From the NCBI GenBank assembly GCA_038250865.1, contig JBBSBW010000025.1, positions 11,809 through 75,808 of the forward strand: a DNA stretch of 64,000 nt. The letters are read 5' to 3'. A program made the translations under genes and the position numbers. Source of the stretch: Thermoanaerobaculia bacterium. Lineage in GTDB: Bacteria > Acidobacteriota > Thermoanaerobaculia > Multivoradales > UBA5704. Positions 18,072 to 27,802 of this stretch are shown one piece after another. Position 1 is the stretch's first letter. Each line of letters begins with the position of its first letter. The notes under the pieces were generated by a model. That model was given only the letters and a program-made list of their open reading frames with translations. It did no database searches and was not told the origin of the DNA.

Positions 18072-18156
18072 GTGCCGGAGGCGGGAATTGAACCCGCATG
18101 ACCTTGCGGCCGAAGGATTTTAAGTCCTCTGCGTCTGCCATTTCGCCACTCCGGCA
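18072..18156 (-). tRNA. tRNA-Leu (anticodon UAA), class II with long variable arm
   Basis: Minus-strand GCCGGAGTGGCGAAATGGCAGACGCAGAGGACTTAAAATCCTTCGGCCGCAAGGTCATGCGGGTTCAATTCCCGCCTCCGGCACC. 7-bp acceptor stem, anticodon loop CTTAAAA, 17-nt variable arm, T-arm GGGTT/CCCGC. Confidence 0.85.
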
Positions 18157-18261
18157 AGGAGGAAGGCGTGGAGGGATTGTAGGAGAGATGGCCGCCCCTG
18201 CGCCGAGTATCTTCAGAGAGCGCCCGCGCGGAGCTTCTCGAATGAGCCTCTACGATGAGGC

Positions 18262-19059
18262 ATGATGTCGCCCATGCGAACACCGATCTTCCAGGTTGAC
18301 GCCTTCACGACCCGCCGATTCGCCGGCAACCCCGCCGCCGTGATGCCGATGGCCGGCTTTCTGGCGGATGCGACGATGCAGGCCATCGCGGCCGAGAACA
18401 ATCTCTCCGAGACCGCTTTCCTGGTGCCCGAAGGGGGCGACTATCGTCTCCGCTGGTTCACGCCCGCCGCCGAGGTGCCGCTCTGCGGCCATGCGACGTT
18501 GGCCAGCGCCGCGGTGGTCCTGGAGCGCCTGGAGCCCGAACGCCGCCAGGTGGTCTTCCACACGGCGAGCGGGCCGCTCACCGTCCGCCGCGCCGAAACG
18601 GGTTACGTCATGGACTTCCCCGCCCGCCCCGCCGAGCCGGTCCCGACTCCGCCCGAGTTCAGCGAAGCGCTGGGCGTCGTTCCGCTCGAGGTCCGGGTCA
18701 ACGACTTCAACTACCTGGCGGTGCTCGACAGCCCGCAGATCGTGCGCAACCTGGCCCTCGATTTCGCGGCGATCACCCGCCTGGATCGCCCCGGAATGAT
18801 CGTCACCGCGGCGGGCGACGAGGGCTACGACTTCATCAGCCGCTACTTCGCCCCCGCCAAGGGAGTCCCGGAAGATCCGGTGACCGGCTCAGCGCACTGC
18901 GTCCTGGCGCCCTACTGGGCTCACAGGCTAAACAAGACGGAGTTTCGCGCCTATCAGGCCTCGCGGCGCGGCGGCGAGGTGGGCTGTCGGCTGGTTGGGG
19001 ATCGGGTCGAGCTGGCAGGGAGTTGCGTGTTCTATATGGAGGGGGAGGTGGAGGTCTGA
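18262..19059 (+). CDS. PhzF-family (phenazine biosynthesis-like) isomerase
   Basis: [24 protein letters not shown]...[21 protein letters not shown]...CGHATLASA is the PhzF/DAP-epimerase-like signature. Confidence 0.85.
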   Translation: MMSPMRTPIFQVDAFTTRRFAGNPAAVMPMAGFLADATMQAIAAENNLSETAFLVPEGGDYRLRWFTPAAEVPLCGHATLASAAVVLERLEPERRQVVFHTASGPLTVRRAETGYVMDFPARPAEPVPTPPEFSEALGVVPLEVRVNDFNYLAVLDSPQIVRNLALDFAAITRLDRPGMIVTAAGDEGYDFISRYFAPAKGVPEDPVTGSAHCVLAPYWAHRLNKTEFRAYQASRRGGEVGCRLVGDRVELAGSCVFYMEGEVEV

Positions 19060-19138
19060 GGAGGGCTGTCGGGGTCGCTCCCAAGCGCCTGGGTTACACT
19101 GTCGCGACTTTAGACCCCAGAATCGAAGAGGAGGACGG

Positions 19139-21139
19139 ATGGACGCTCCCGAATCGAAGTCTCTTCCGGAGAACGCCTACCAACCGCTGGCCCCCGGCGA
19201 AACGTATTCGCCGATGGTGCCCGCTACCTCGGCTCCGCCCGAGGCGACCTGGCGGTCGGTCGGTTGGGGCCTGGCGCTCTGTATCTTGTTTACCGTCGCC
19301 TCGGCTTATTCGGGGTTGAAAGTCGGCCAGGTGATGGAGGCGTCCATCCCCATCTCAATTCTGGCGATCGGCTTGGCGCGGGTCTACTCGCGGCGCTCCA
19401 CGGTGCTTGAAAACGTCATCATGTCGGGCATCGGCGGCACTTCGGGCGCGATGGTTGCGGGCGCGATCTTCACCCTTCCCGCCCTCTATATCTTGAATCT
19501 CGACCCCCATCCGGTGCAGACGACGTTCATCTGCCTGGCGGGCGGCGCGCTCGGTGTGCTGTTCCTGATTCCACTTCGCCGCTACTTCGTGCGCGAGATG
19601 CACGGCCAGCTGCCCTATCCGGAGGCCACCGCGATCACCGAGGTTCTCGTGACCGGCGAGAAGGGGGGTTCGCAGGCTGCGTTGCTGCTCCAGGCCACGG
19701 GGATCGCGGCGGTTTACGACTTTTTCGTCACCACCTTCCAGGTCTGGAAAGAGACCCTCGATTTCCAGTTCATCGGGGTGGTGAAGGCGATCGGCGACAA
19801 GGCCAAGGCGGTGCTTCGGTTCGACGCGATCGCGTTCATCCTCGGCCTCGGCTACGTGATGGGCCTGCGCTCCTCAATGATCCTGTGCGCCGGGGGCGTG
19901 GTGTCGAACTTGGTGCTGGTGCCGTTGATCTGGATGATCGGCCGCCATTTCCCCGACGTGGTCTATCCGGGGACCAAAGCGATCGCCGAGATGTCCGCCA
20001 ATGAGATCTTCCGCAGCTACGTCCGGTTCATCGGGGTCGGCGCGATCGCGACCGCGGGGATCATCGGAATCATCAAGTCGCTGCCGATCGTGGTCGGCTC
20101 GTTCTCGATCGCGGCGCGCGCGTTTAGGAAGGGCGAAGATGCGAGCCAGGAGCGCACCGACCGCGACATCTCGGTGGGCCTCATGCTCGCCGGAGTGATC
20201 GTCTCGGCTCTTGCCGCGGGGATCTTCTTCAACTCGCTTGGCGCCTCGCTGCTGGTCGTCGTCATCGGCCTTGGGCTCACGCTCCTCTTCTCGTTCTTCT
20301 TTGCCTCGGTCGCGGCCAACGCCATCGCCACCACGGCGCGGAATCCGGTCTCCGGCATGACGATGCTGACCATCATCATTTCCTCCGTCGTGCTGCTCCG
20401 CTTCGGTCTCACCGGCACCACCGGCATGTTCTTCGTCATGGCGATCGCGGGCGTCGTCTGCACCGCGCTGTCGGTCTCGGGGCAGACGATCACCGACTTG
20501 AAGACCGGCTACTGGCTCGGCTCAACTCCCGCCACCCAGGAGAAGGTCAAGTTCTTGGGCGTGTTCGTCTCGGCAATCACCGTGGCGGCGACCATCATGC
20601 TGCTCGCCAAGGCGTTCCAGTTCGGCGAGGCGATACCGGGCGATCCGCGCCAGGTGCTGGTCTCGCCGCAGGCCTCGATCATGAAGGCGCTGGTCGAAGG
20701 CTTCATGAGCCACCAGCCGATCGCCTACATTCTGTTCGGCGCGGGCGCGATGATTGCGCTCGCGATGGAGATGCTCGGCGTGCCGGCGCTGATCTTCGCG
20801 CTCGGCATGTACCTGCCGCTGGAGCTGAACTCCCCCGCTCTCGTCGGCGGCTTCCTCGCCCATTTCATCGAGAAGCGCTCGCGCACCGTGGGCGGCGAGG
20901 GAGGGAGGTCGATGCGCGAGCGCGGCGTGATCATCGCCTCGGGCCTGATGGCGGGCGGCGCGCTCGGAGGGGTGTTCGGCGCGGCGTTCCGGCTGTTTCC
21001 CTGGTACTCGGAGGACAAGATCAAGCTGCCGTTCTACGACAACGACCCGGTGTCGCAATCCGTTTCGGCGCTACTCTTCATCGCCCTCTGCGTCTACGTC
21101 TGGGTGAGCGCCGTGCGCGAGAAGAAAGTGGCCAAATGA
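19139..21139 (+). CDS. OPT-family oligopeptide transporter
   Basis: 666-aa polytopic membrane protein with OPT-family length and composition. GAGGAGGA RBS before the ATG at 19139. The upstream ORF-track extension is rejected. Confidence 0.8.
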   Translation: MDAPESKSLPENAYQPLAPGETYSPMVPATSAPPEATWRSVGWGLALCILFTVASAYSGLKVGQVMEASIPISILAIGLARVYSRRSTVLENVIMSGIGGTSGAMVAGAIFTLPALYILNLDPHPVQTTFICLAGGALGVLFLIPLRRYFVREMHGQLPYPEATAITEVLVTGEKGGSQAALLLQATGIAAVYDFFVTTFQVWKETLDFQFIGVVKAIGDKAKAVLRFDAIAFILGLGYVMGLRSSMILCAGGVVSNLVLVPLIWMIGRHFPDVVYPGTKAIAEMSANEIFRSYVRFIGVGAIATAGIIGIIKSLPIVVGSFSIAARAFRKGEDASQERTDRDISVGLMLAGVIVSALAAGIFFNSLGASLLVVVIGLGLTLLFSFFFASVAANAIATTARNPVSGMTMLTIIISSVVLLRFGLTGTTGMFFVMAIAGVVCTALSVSGQTITDLKTGYWLGSTPATQEKVKFLGVFVSAITVAATIMLLAKAFQFGEAIPGDPRQVLVSPQASIMKALVEGFMSHQPIAYILFGAGAMIALAMEMLGVPALIFALGMYLPLELNSPALVGGFLAHFIEKRSRTVGGEGGRSMRERGVIIASGLMAGGALGGVFGAAFRLFPWYSEDKIKLPFYDNDPVSQSVSALLFIALCVYVWVSAVREKKVAK

Positions 21140-21179
21140 GCGGACTGATGGGCCAATCGAATGATAGGATCCAACGATC

Positions 21180-21728
21180 ATGACAGACGATCTGACAGCG
21201 AAGATCCTGGACGAGCTCGTTGCCCTGCGCCGCACGTCCGAAGGGGTGGAGGCCAAGCAGGACAATCTGCAGAGAGCCTTCGTGGGGTTGGAGGCGAAAT
21301 TTGAAGGGCTGGACGCGAAATTCGAAGGGCTGGACGCGAAATTCGGGGGGCTGGACGCGAAATTCGGGGGGCTGGAGGCGAAATTCGAAGGGCTGGACGC
21401 GAAATTCGAAGGGCTGGACGCGAAATTCGAAGGGCTGGACGCGAAATTCGGGGGGCTGGACGCGAAATTCGAAGGGCTGGACGCGAAATTCGAAAAGCTG
21501 GACGAGAAGCAGGACGACCTGCACCGCTACTTCGGCGTCGTGTCCGAGAGTCTCCGGACGGACATTCAGCAAGTTGCCGAAGGCGTGGCCTTGGCGAACG
21601 AGCGGCTCGATCGTCACCAAGAGGAAAACACTCGGGAGTTCTCCGAGGTCCGCTCGATGATTCGTCTTTCCTATACCGAGCTGGAGCGGCGCATCCGGAC
21701 GCTCGAAGAGCACGCGACCCCCAACTGA
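21180..21728 (+). CDS. Coiled-coil protein with ~11 perfect heptad repeats (AKFEGLD) encoded by a 21-bp tandem array
   Basis: MTDDLTAKILDELVALRR...EAKFEGLDAKFEGLDAKFGGLDAKFGGLEAKFEGLDAKFEGLDAKFEGLDAKFGGLDAKFEGLDAKFEKLDEKQDDL... followed by a helical C-terminal segment. Confidence 0.6.
   Translation: MTDDLTAKILDELVALRRTSEGVEAKQDNLQRAFVGLEAKFEGLDAKFEGLDAKFGGLDAKFGGLEAKFEGLDAKFEGLDAKFEGLDAKFGGLDAKFEGLDAKFEKLDEKQDDLHRYFGVVSESLRTDIQQVAEGVALANERLDRHQEENTREFSEVRSMIRLSYTELERRIRTLEEHATPN
21288..21512 (+). repeat. 21-bp near-perfect tandem repeat (~10.7 copies) inside the heptad-repeat gene
   Basis: ggacgcgaaattcgaagggct repeated with G/A variants (gggggg vs gaaggg). Confidence 0.9.
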
Positions 21729-21791
21729 CCCCCAACTGATCCCCAACTAGGGGCGCCGAGGTCATCGGGGAGGCACCGCCTCCCCGGCCGT

Positions 21792-24722
21792 TTACCGCAA
21801 TTTGAACCGCACCCCCAGCCGCAGGATGCGCGCTCCCAGAACCTCCAGCACGTGATCCGAGGTGTTGCGCCCGAGCAACGCCTGACGCTGGAGCACGGTC
21901 GAGCGGTTGAGCGCGTTGAAACAATCGAGGCTGACCGTCGTCGCGAGATCGCGGAAGCGAATCTCTTTCTGGATCCGCAGGTCGAGCACGTGGAGGTCGG
22001 GATACCTCGAAAGGTTCGAGGTCGCCGGCAGGTAGGTGAGGCGGCTCTCGTCGAGTTCCTGGCGGAACAGCTGCGCGGCATACCGTATCGGGTAGCCCTG
22101 GTGCCCCGTCGCCGAGGCGGCGAGGTCGAAGCCCCAGCGCCGCTCGGGGGCGATCTGCACCAGACCGGAGAGGGCGTACGACCAGCGGCTGTTCAAGAAC
22201 ACGTTCCCTTTGACCCCGCCGGGGAAGTTCGCCCCGGAAAGCACCTCGCTGCCGTCGATCACGCCGCCCGCGACCGAATCGGTCGGATCTTCATTTTCGG
22301 CGTCGGGAATACGCCAGCGCCAGTCCTGCACGCCGACGTTGCCGCGTAGCATCCAGCCGTGCCCGAGCCTTTTGTCGAGGGTGAGGAAGGCTCCCCGGTA
22401 TTCCTGCTCGCGGTCGCCGTTTTCGAGCCGGGCGCCGCCGCGCGTCGAGATCCCGTCGCGGAGCGTCCAGTACGGGGTCGCGAAGCTCCGCCCGTTCGGC
22501 AGCGTGCCCCGGAGGACACCCGCTTGTACGTAGTCATCGCGCCGGTGCGGCCGGCCGCGTACGCCAAGATTTTCCGGTGAGCGGGGGTCCGGATCGTCGA
22601 ACACCAGCAGCTCGCGCTCCAAGAGATTCGTCAGGCGCCGCCAGGTCACCCGCAGGCCGATGACCAGATCGGGACGGAGCGCGCGTTCTACGCCGAGCAA
22701 AAGCTCGTCGGTGATCGGCGCCCCTAGCTGCGGATCGATCTCGTTCGACACCAGCGGGCCGAAGGTGAACGGGTCGATGCCGCCCGAGGGCGGTCCCGCC
22801 GACTCGATCAGCTCGTCGGGCTCAAACGTCGGACCGCCGTTGTTGCTGGTGTAAAAGAAGAGGTATTGCTGCGTGGCGAACGGGCTGATAAATGCCGCCG
22901 TGTCGGTGCCGAGCTGATCGGCGTAGCGCGAATACGAGGCGCGCACGAGCGTGTCGCGCTCCTTGCCGAACGCCCAGGTCGCCCCGAGGCGCGGCACGAC
23001 GTTCCCCCATTCGAAACCCGCGTCGCCCCCCGGGATGGAAACCGCCGGCAGCAGGTCGGGGAAAGCGGGATTCGCGCGCACCTCGGTCGGCAGATTGCGC
23101 CCCCCCTGGCGGTCGTACCGCAGACCGGCGTTGAACGTCAGCCGGCCCACCGTCGCGGTGTCCGAGAGGAAGGCGTCGGCATAGCGGCCGCGGAAACGGA
23201 CCAGGCCGTCGCGGGAGAGCGAGGCGAACCCGTCGCAGCACTCCCAGCCGCCGCCGGGGGTCCGGCTGAGCGACGATTCGAGGGCCGTGCGGTAGCCGAC
23301 GCCGAAGCGCAGCTCATGGCTCAACTTCCGGGTATCGACGAACGCGCTTCCCTCCACCCGGGTTTGCTGCTGGGCGCGTTCGGAGCGGGTGAGGAAGAAG
23401 CTGTTGTGCCAGACCAGGTCGTCGTCGAGGACCGGCACCTGATCGCCCCCGGCGGGAACGAGTTGAAAGCCGCCGTTGACCCGCGAGGCGAGCACGGAGA
23501 GATTCAGCCGGGAACCGAACTGCTGCGCGTCTTCAAACTTCCAAGCGGTGGGCACGGGGCCGAATCGGGACTGGTTCCAGTCGGTCTCGGGCGGTCTTTG
23601 CGGACTTGCGCCGAAGCCCTGACGCGACTTGTCGTCGTGCCAGAAGAACAGGGTGGCCGAATTGCCGTCAGCGAGCTTCGCATCGAGTTTGAGGTTGCCG
23701 GCCGGCAGTTCGGTCGACTCGGCGAAGTCGTCGATCGTCCGCCGCTCGACCTTCGGATCGCCGTACGAGCCCCAGACCCATAGACGGTCGCGGAGAAGCG
23801 GCCCGCCCAGCTCGATCCCGCGATCGGTCAGACGCTCGACCCGGTTGCCGGCGTGGAACGCCGCCTGCGCGTGGTTGCGATTCCACGCTCCGGCCTGGCC
23901 GAGATCCTTCGCGTCGAAGTTGAGCCCCGAGCGCAGCGAGGAGTCCGAATAGAAGTAGCGCCCGCTCCCCCGCCAAACGTCGGTGCCGCGCCGGGTGACC
24001 AGGTTGACCACCACGCCGCCGGTCGAAATCGCCGCGTCGTTGCCGCCGGTCGTCACCTGAATCTCCTCGAAGGCGTCGAAATCGAACTGCCCCGGCGAGC
24101 TGCCGAGCGCGGTCATATCGGTGATCACCATGCCGTCGAGCGCCCAGACGGTCTGTTCGCCTGACGATCCCGGGCCGACGATTCGCGACTGGAGGCCGGT
24201 CTCCGTGCCGCCGACGTTCACGCGGTCGGCGAGCACCCCGGGGGTCGTCCGCAAAATCGCCCAGGGATCGCGCGTCGTGGGCACCGCGTCGAGTTCCTCC
24301 CGCACGACCGAAGTACCGGTCGAAAAGCGCCGCTCGTCGAGCGGCGGCGCCTCGGCCGTAACAGTCAGGGTCTCGCTTTCCGCGGGAGTCAACGTCACCT
24401 CCAGATCGACATTTCGACCGACGCCGATTGAAAGCTCGGGGACGGTAAACGGCGAGCGGCCGGCAAGGGTCACCTCCAGGCGATAGACGCCCGGAGCGAG
24501 GCCGAGGAAGCGAAAGCGCCCTTGGGCATCGCCGGTGCGCACCTCCGGTCCGCCGCCGCCCGAGAGGGTCGCGACCGCACCGGCCAGCGGCGCGCCCCCG
24601 GGATCGATCACCTTGCCATACAGGTTGCCGCTCCGAAGCTGAGCGGCGAGCGGCAGGGCCGAAGCCCAAAGTGCCACGGCGAAAGGCAAACAAAGTCCGA
24701 GCCGACGAAAGCGGAAGCGCAT
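21792..24722 (-). CDS. TonB-dependent receptor with N-terminal carboxypeptidase-regulatory-like domain
   Basis: Signal peptide, GKVIDPGGAPLAGAVATLSGG...GRFRFLGLAPGVYRL (CarbopepD_reg), then plug (TTRDPWAILRTTPGV) and a long beta-barrel. 976 aa. Confidence 0.85.
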   Translation of the reverse strand: MRFRFRRLGLCLPFAVALWASALPLAAQLRSGNLYGKVIDPGGAPLAGAVATLSGGGGPEVRTGDAQGRFRFLGLAPGVYRLEVTLAGRSPFTVPELSIGVGRNVDLEVTLTPAESETLTVTAEAPPLDERRFSTGTSVVREELDAVPTTRDPWAILRTTPGVLADRVNVGGTETGLQSRIVGPGSSGEQTVWALDGMVITDMTALGSSPGQFDFDAFEEIQVTTGGNDAAISTGGVVVNLVTRRGTDVWRGSGRYFYSDSSLRSGLNFDAKDLGQAGAWNRNHAQAAFHAGNRVERLTDRGIELGGPLLRDRLWVWGSYGDPKVERRTIDDFAESTELPAGNLKLDAKLADGNSATLFFWHDDKSRQGFGASPQRPPETDWNQSRFGPVPTAWKFEDAQQFGSRLNLSVLASRVNGGFQLVPAGGDQVPVLDDDLVWHNSFFLTRSERAQQQTRVEGSAFVDTRKLSHELRFGVGYRTALESSLSRTPGGGWECCDGFASLSRDGLVRFRGRYADAFLSDTATVGRLTFNAGLRYDRQGGRNLPTEVRANPAFPDLLPAVSIPGGDAGFEWGNVVPRLGATWAFGKERDTLVRASYSRYADQLGTDTAAFISPFATQQYLFFYTSNNGGPTFEPDELIESAGPPSGGIDPFTFGPLVSNEIDPQLGAPITDELLLGVERALRPDLVIGLRVTWRRLTNLLERELLVFDDPDPRSPENLGVRGRPHRRDDYVQAGVLRGTLPNGRSFATPYWTLRDGISTRGGARLENGDREQEYRGAFLTLDKRLGHGWMLRGNVGVQDWRWRIPDAENEDPTDSVAGGVIDGSEVLSGANFPGGVKGNVFLNSRWSYALSGLVQIAPERRWGFDLAASATGHQGYPIRYAAQLFRQELDESRLTYLPATSNLSRYPDLHVLDLRIQKEIRFRDLATTVSLDCFNALNRSTVLQRQALLGRNTSDHVLEVLGARILRLGVRFKLR

Positions 24723-25109
24723 GGATCCCCTCCTGGAAGTTGGAAACTACGTCGTCGAGGACGTTAGCTCCAGCTTGGAGAGCATGCGATTGTGTTGACG
24801 TGAAAGCGCCCGAGGTTGGGACCGCGGGCCGGTTTTGGAGGACCAACGAAGGCGCCGCTTCCGTCCTCTACCGCACCAGCTCAGCCACCCGCAAGCCGAT
24901 CACGGTCAACAGAGGGGGCGACGGTCACACCAAGCAGCACGAACAGACCGTGGCGGGTGACGCCGAGGCTATCAAACCCGCCGAATTCGAAGATCCATCC
25001 CAGGGCGTTGCCCTGGGCTACCGTGGGTAGCGCCGTTGGCGCTCAAAAACACCCACGCCCGCCTTTTGGGGCCGATCCGCCGCCAACGCCTCGGATAAAC
25101 TCCCCCACC

Positions 25110-26489
25110 ATGCACCCCTCGTTCCGCGTCGTTCCGTTCGCCCTCCTCCTCGCCCTCGCCGTTCCCGGGCATCTTTTTGCCCATGAGGAACCCGGCGTCT
25201 CGCCGATCCTCGCCGGGCCGATGGTCGGCCTGTCCGACGTCGGCGAGGTCGAGCTTTGGCTTCAGACCCAGCAGCCTGCGCGGGCGCAGCTGCGGTTTTG
25301 GCTCGCGGGGGCGGAGGTCTCCTCCCGGTTGTCGCGCGAAATCGCGACCACCGACGAGGGCGATCGGATCGCCCGGTTCCGTTTGGTCAACTTGGTTCCG
25401 GGGGTCAAGTACGAGTACGAGGTCTACGTCGACGGCCGGCGCGTGGGGCTTCCCTACGCCACCTCATTCAAGACGCAGGAGATCTGGCGCTGGCGCACCC
25501 CGGCGCCCGACCTGCGGGCGGCGTTCGGTTCGTGCGCCTACATCAACGATCCCGCGGCGGATCGACCCGGTCCGGAGTACGGCGGCGGCTACGAGATCTT
25601 CAACGCGATCCTGGCGCAGAAACCCGACCTGATGCTCTGGCTGGGCGACGACATCTACTACCGCGAATCCGACGTCGGCACCGAAGAGGGAATGCGCCGT
25701 CGCTGGGCGCGCGACCGGTCGATTCCGGAGCTGCAGCCGCTGTTCGGCTCGGTCCACCAGTACGCGATCTGGGACGACCACGACTTTGGCCCGAACGATT
25801 CGGACCGCTCGTTTTCCGGCCGCGAAACCTCGCTGCGCGTGTTTCGCGACTATTGGGCGAACCCCCAGTACGGCACCGCGGAGATTCCCGGCGTGTTCGG
25901 CCGGTTCATGTGGGGCGACGTCGAGTTCTTCCTCCTCGACGACCGCTACTACCGGACGCCGGACAACTTCCCCGACGACGCCTCGAAGCGCATGTTTGGA
26001 CGGGAACAATTGCGCTGGCTCGAAGAGGCGCTGGTCTCTTCCGACGCCACGTTCAAGATCGTCGCCTCCGGCAATCAGATGTGGAACCCGCTCGCATTCT
26101 ACGAGGCGCTCGGCCGCTATCCGGCGGAACAGCGCGAGCTGCGCGATTTCCTGGTGAAGGCGAAGATCCCCGGGCTGGTCTTTTTAACCGGCGATCGGCA
26201 CGAATCGGAGCTGCTTAAAGTGGACGTGCCGGGTCTCTATCCGTTCTATGAATTTACTTCGAGCCCGCTCACTTCGAGCATGGTTTCCTCGACCGACCGC
26301 GAAACGAACAATCCCGCCCGAGTGCCAGGCACCTGGGTGACCGACCGGCGCAGCTTCGGCCTGCTCGACGTCACCGGCCCGCCCGAGGACCGAATGCTGA
26401 CGCTGCGCGCGATCGACGCCAAGGGCACCGAGCTGTGGAAACGGGAAATTCGGGCGAAGGAACTTCAAGCGCCGGCCAGCGCAAAATAG
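25110..26489 (+). CDS. phoD: PhoD-family alkaline phosphatase / phosphodiesterase
   Basis: Signal peptide MHPSFRVVPFALLLALAVPGHLFA. PhoD metallophosphatase motifs LWLGDDIYY, YAIWDDHDFGPND, GDRHESEL. Confidence 0.85.
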   Translation: MHPSFRVVPFALLLALAVPGHLFAHEEPGVSPILAGPMVGLSDVGEVELWLQTQQPARAQLRFWLAGAEVSSRLSREIATTDEGDRIARFRLVNLVPGVKYEYEVYVDGRRVGLPYATSFKTQEIWRWRTPAPDLRAAFGSCAYINDPAADRPGPEYGGGYEIFNAILAQKPDLMLWLGDDIYYRESDVGTEEGMRRRWARDRSIPELQPLFGSVHQYAIWDDHDFGPNDSDRSFSGRETSLRVFRDYWANPQYGTAEIPGVFGRFMWGDVEFFLLDDRYYRTPDNFPDDASKRMFGREQLRWLEEALVSSDATFKIVASGNQMWNPLAFYEALGRYPAEQRELRDFLVKAKIPGLVFLTGDRHESELLKVDVPGLYPFYEFTSSPLTSSMVSSTDRETNNPARVPGTWVTDRRSFGLLDVTGPPEDRMLTLRAIDAKGTELWKREIRAKELQAPASAK

Positions 26490-26547
26490 CGAAAAGCAAA
26501 CGGCCGACCGACGCGTTTTCTGGAGTCGATTCCTTAAGTACAACGCC

Positions 26548-26880
26548 TCAGGCGTGATTCTTGATCGTCGTGCTCGAACCGTTCGTCTTCACCGAGGCGA
26601 TGCCGTTCTCGCAAGCGCCGGGCGAGGAATACATCTCGCTCGTGCCGATCACTTGATGGTTGCCGGCCCTGAGGTTGAAATAGGGCTTGCCATTGCTGGA
26701 AGTCTTCTGGACGAAGCGCTTGTCGTTGCCGCTGTTTTTCTGCACCGACGCGATGCCCTTGGACGCCGAGGAGCGCGACCGGTACAGCTCGCTGGTGAGG
26801 ATGATCTCTCCGTTACCCGCCTTCAACACGAAACGAAACTGACCGTCTTTGCTCTTGCTGAGCTCGAACCAACCGGACAT
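26548..26880 (-). CDS. YegP/DUF1508 (UPF0339) tandem-repeat family protein
   Basis: MSGWFELSKSKDGQFRFVLKAGNGEIILTSELYRSRSSASKGIASVQKN... and second repeat YFNLRAGNHQVIGTSEMYSSPGACENGIASVK. Confidence 0.8.
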   Translation of the reverse strand: MSGWFELSKSKDGQFRFVLKAGNGEIILTSELYRSRSSASKGIASVQKNSGNDKRFVQKTSSNGKPYFNLRAGNHQVIGTSEMYSSPGACENGIASVKTNGSSTTIKNHA

Positions 26881-26939
26881 CGCGGTCTCCTCCTAGGAAA
26901 GAAGTGGAACTTGACGCTAAAGCGCATCGAGCGGCGTTG

Positions 26940-27797
26940 TCAATGCGGCTTTTCGAACCGAGCCTCGAACATCTTGGGCCAGAGTTTGCCGGTGACGTAG
27001 AAGAACTTCTTCTCCGGGTTCCAGGCGATGCCGTTCAAGACCTCGGCGCCCGCCAGCCGCTCCTGCGGGGTGATCAGGCCCGAGGCATCGATCGAGGCGG
27101 TCACCTCGCCGGTCGCGGCGTCGATGCGCACGATTTCGTCGGTCTGGTAGACGTTGGCGTAGACCTCTGATCCGACGCACTCCAGCTCGTTTAAGTAGAA
27201 CACCGGCTGGCCGGCCCGGCGCACCGAGAGCCGGCCGGTCTCGGCAAACGTCGTGGGGTCGTGGAAGGTCAGCACGTCCGTGCCATCGCTCCGGACCAGG
27301 CGCTTGCCGTCGTAGCAGAGGCCCCACCCTTCGCCCGCGTAGTGAAACTCGGGGCCTTTGGCGAAACTCGCCAGATCCCACGAGAACGCGACGCCCTCGC
27401 GCCAGGAGAGCTGGAACAGCCGGGTTCCGGCGAGGGCGAGCCCTTCGCCGAAGATGTTGCCCGGCAGCGCCTCTTTGCGGAGCACCTTGCCGGTTGCAGG
27501 GTCGACCTCGCGCAGGTCCGAACGGCCGTATTGGCCGGCGCTTTCGTAGAGCTTGCCCTGGTACCAGAGCAGCCCCTGGGTGTAGGAGGCCGCATCGTGC
27601 GGGTGCGTTCCTAGCACGTGGACCCCGAGGTGCTCGATCGGCCGGGCGGGAGCGGCAACGACAAGTGGGGCTGCCGCGACAGGCCGGGGCGCAACGCTCG
27701 CTGGCGCCGTCTTACCGGGAGCGCTCGGCGCGCAGGTTCCGGAGAGCAACAGCAGCGGCAGAGCCCGGACGAGCGAGACCGCCAACGAGCTTGCCAT
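26940..27797 (-). CDS. Glutaminyl-peptide cyclotransferase (plant/bacterial-type beta-propeller glutamine cyclotransferase), secreted
   Basis: Signal peptide MASSLAVSLVRALPLLLLSGTC. YTQGLLWYQGKLYESAGQYGRSDLREVDPATGKV...EGWGLCYDGKRLVRSDG...LNELECVGSEVYANVYQTDEIVRID matches the bacterial glutamine cyclotransferase family. The 773-aa ORF in the track is a frame read-through antisense to the protease gene. Confidence 0.8.
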   Translation of the reverse strand: MASSLAVSLVRALPLLLLSGTCAPSAPGKTAPASVAPRPVAAAPLVVAAPARPIEHLGVHVLGTHPHDAASYTQGLLWYQGKLYESAGQYGRSDLREVDPATGKVLRKEALPGNIFGEGLALAGTRLFQLSWREGVAFSWDLASFAKGPEFHYAGEGWGLCYDGKRLVRSDGTDVLTFHDPTTFAETGRLSVRRAGQPVFYLNELECVGSEVYANVYQTDEIVRIDAATGEVTASIDASGLITPQERLAGAEVLNGIAWNPEKKFFYVTGKLWPKMFEARFEKPH

Positions 27798-27802
27798 AGG
27801 GG

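Larger units (their letters stand above)
10469..18126. mobile_element. ~7.66 kb tRNA-Leu-integrated element (integrase + RHH + AlpA-like + AAA_25 replication ATPase + cargo); satellite/PICI-like or integrated-plasmid-like island
   Basis: Flanked by 56-nt imperfect direct repeats of the tRNA 3' end. Tyrosine integrase sits immediately downstream of the intact tRNA. Shared arm-type repeats lie inside both ends. Cargo genes have visibly lower GC (e.g. 11560..12000, 13700..14400). Confidence 0.8.

Noticed and set aside
21757-21785. Hairpin ggggaggcaccgcctcccc between the convergent genes ending at 21728 and 21792
   Set aside because: Could act as a bidirectional terminator but lacks a T-run on either strand; insufficient support.
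21078-21924. Minus-strand ORFs (222 and 248 aa) across the heptad-repeat gene
   Set aside because: They are antisense or shifted frames of the 21-bp tandem array (stop-free because the period is a multiple of 3). The plus frame gives a coherent coiled-coil protein with sensible flanks.
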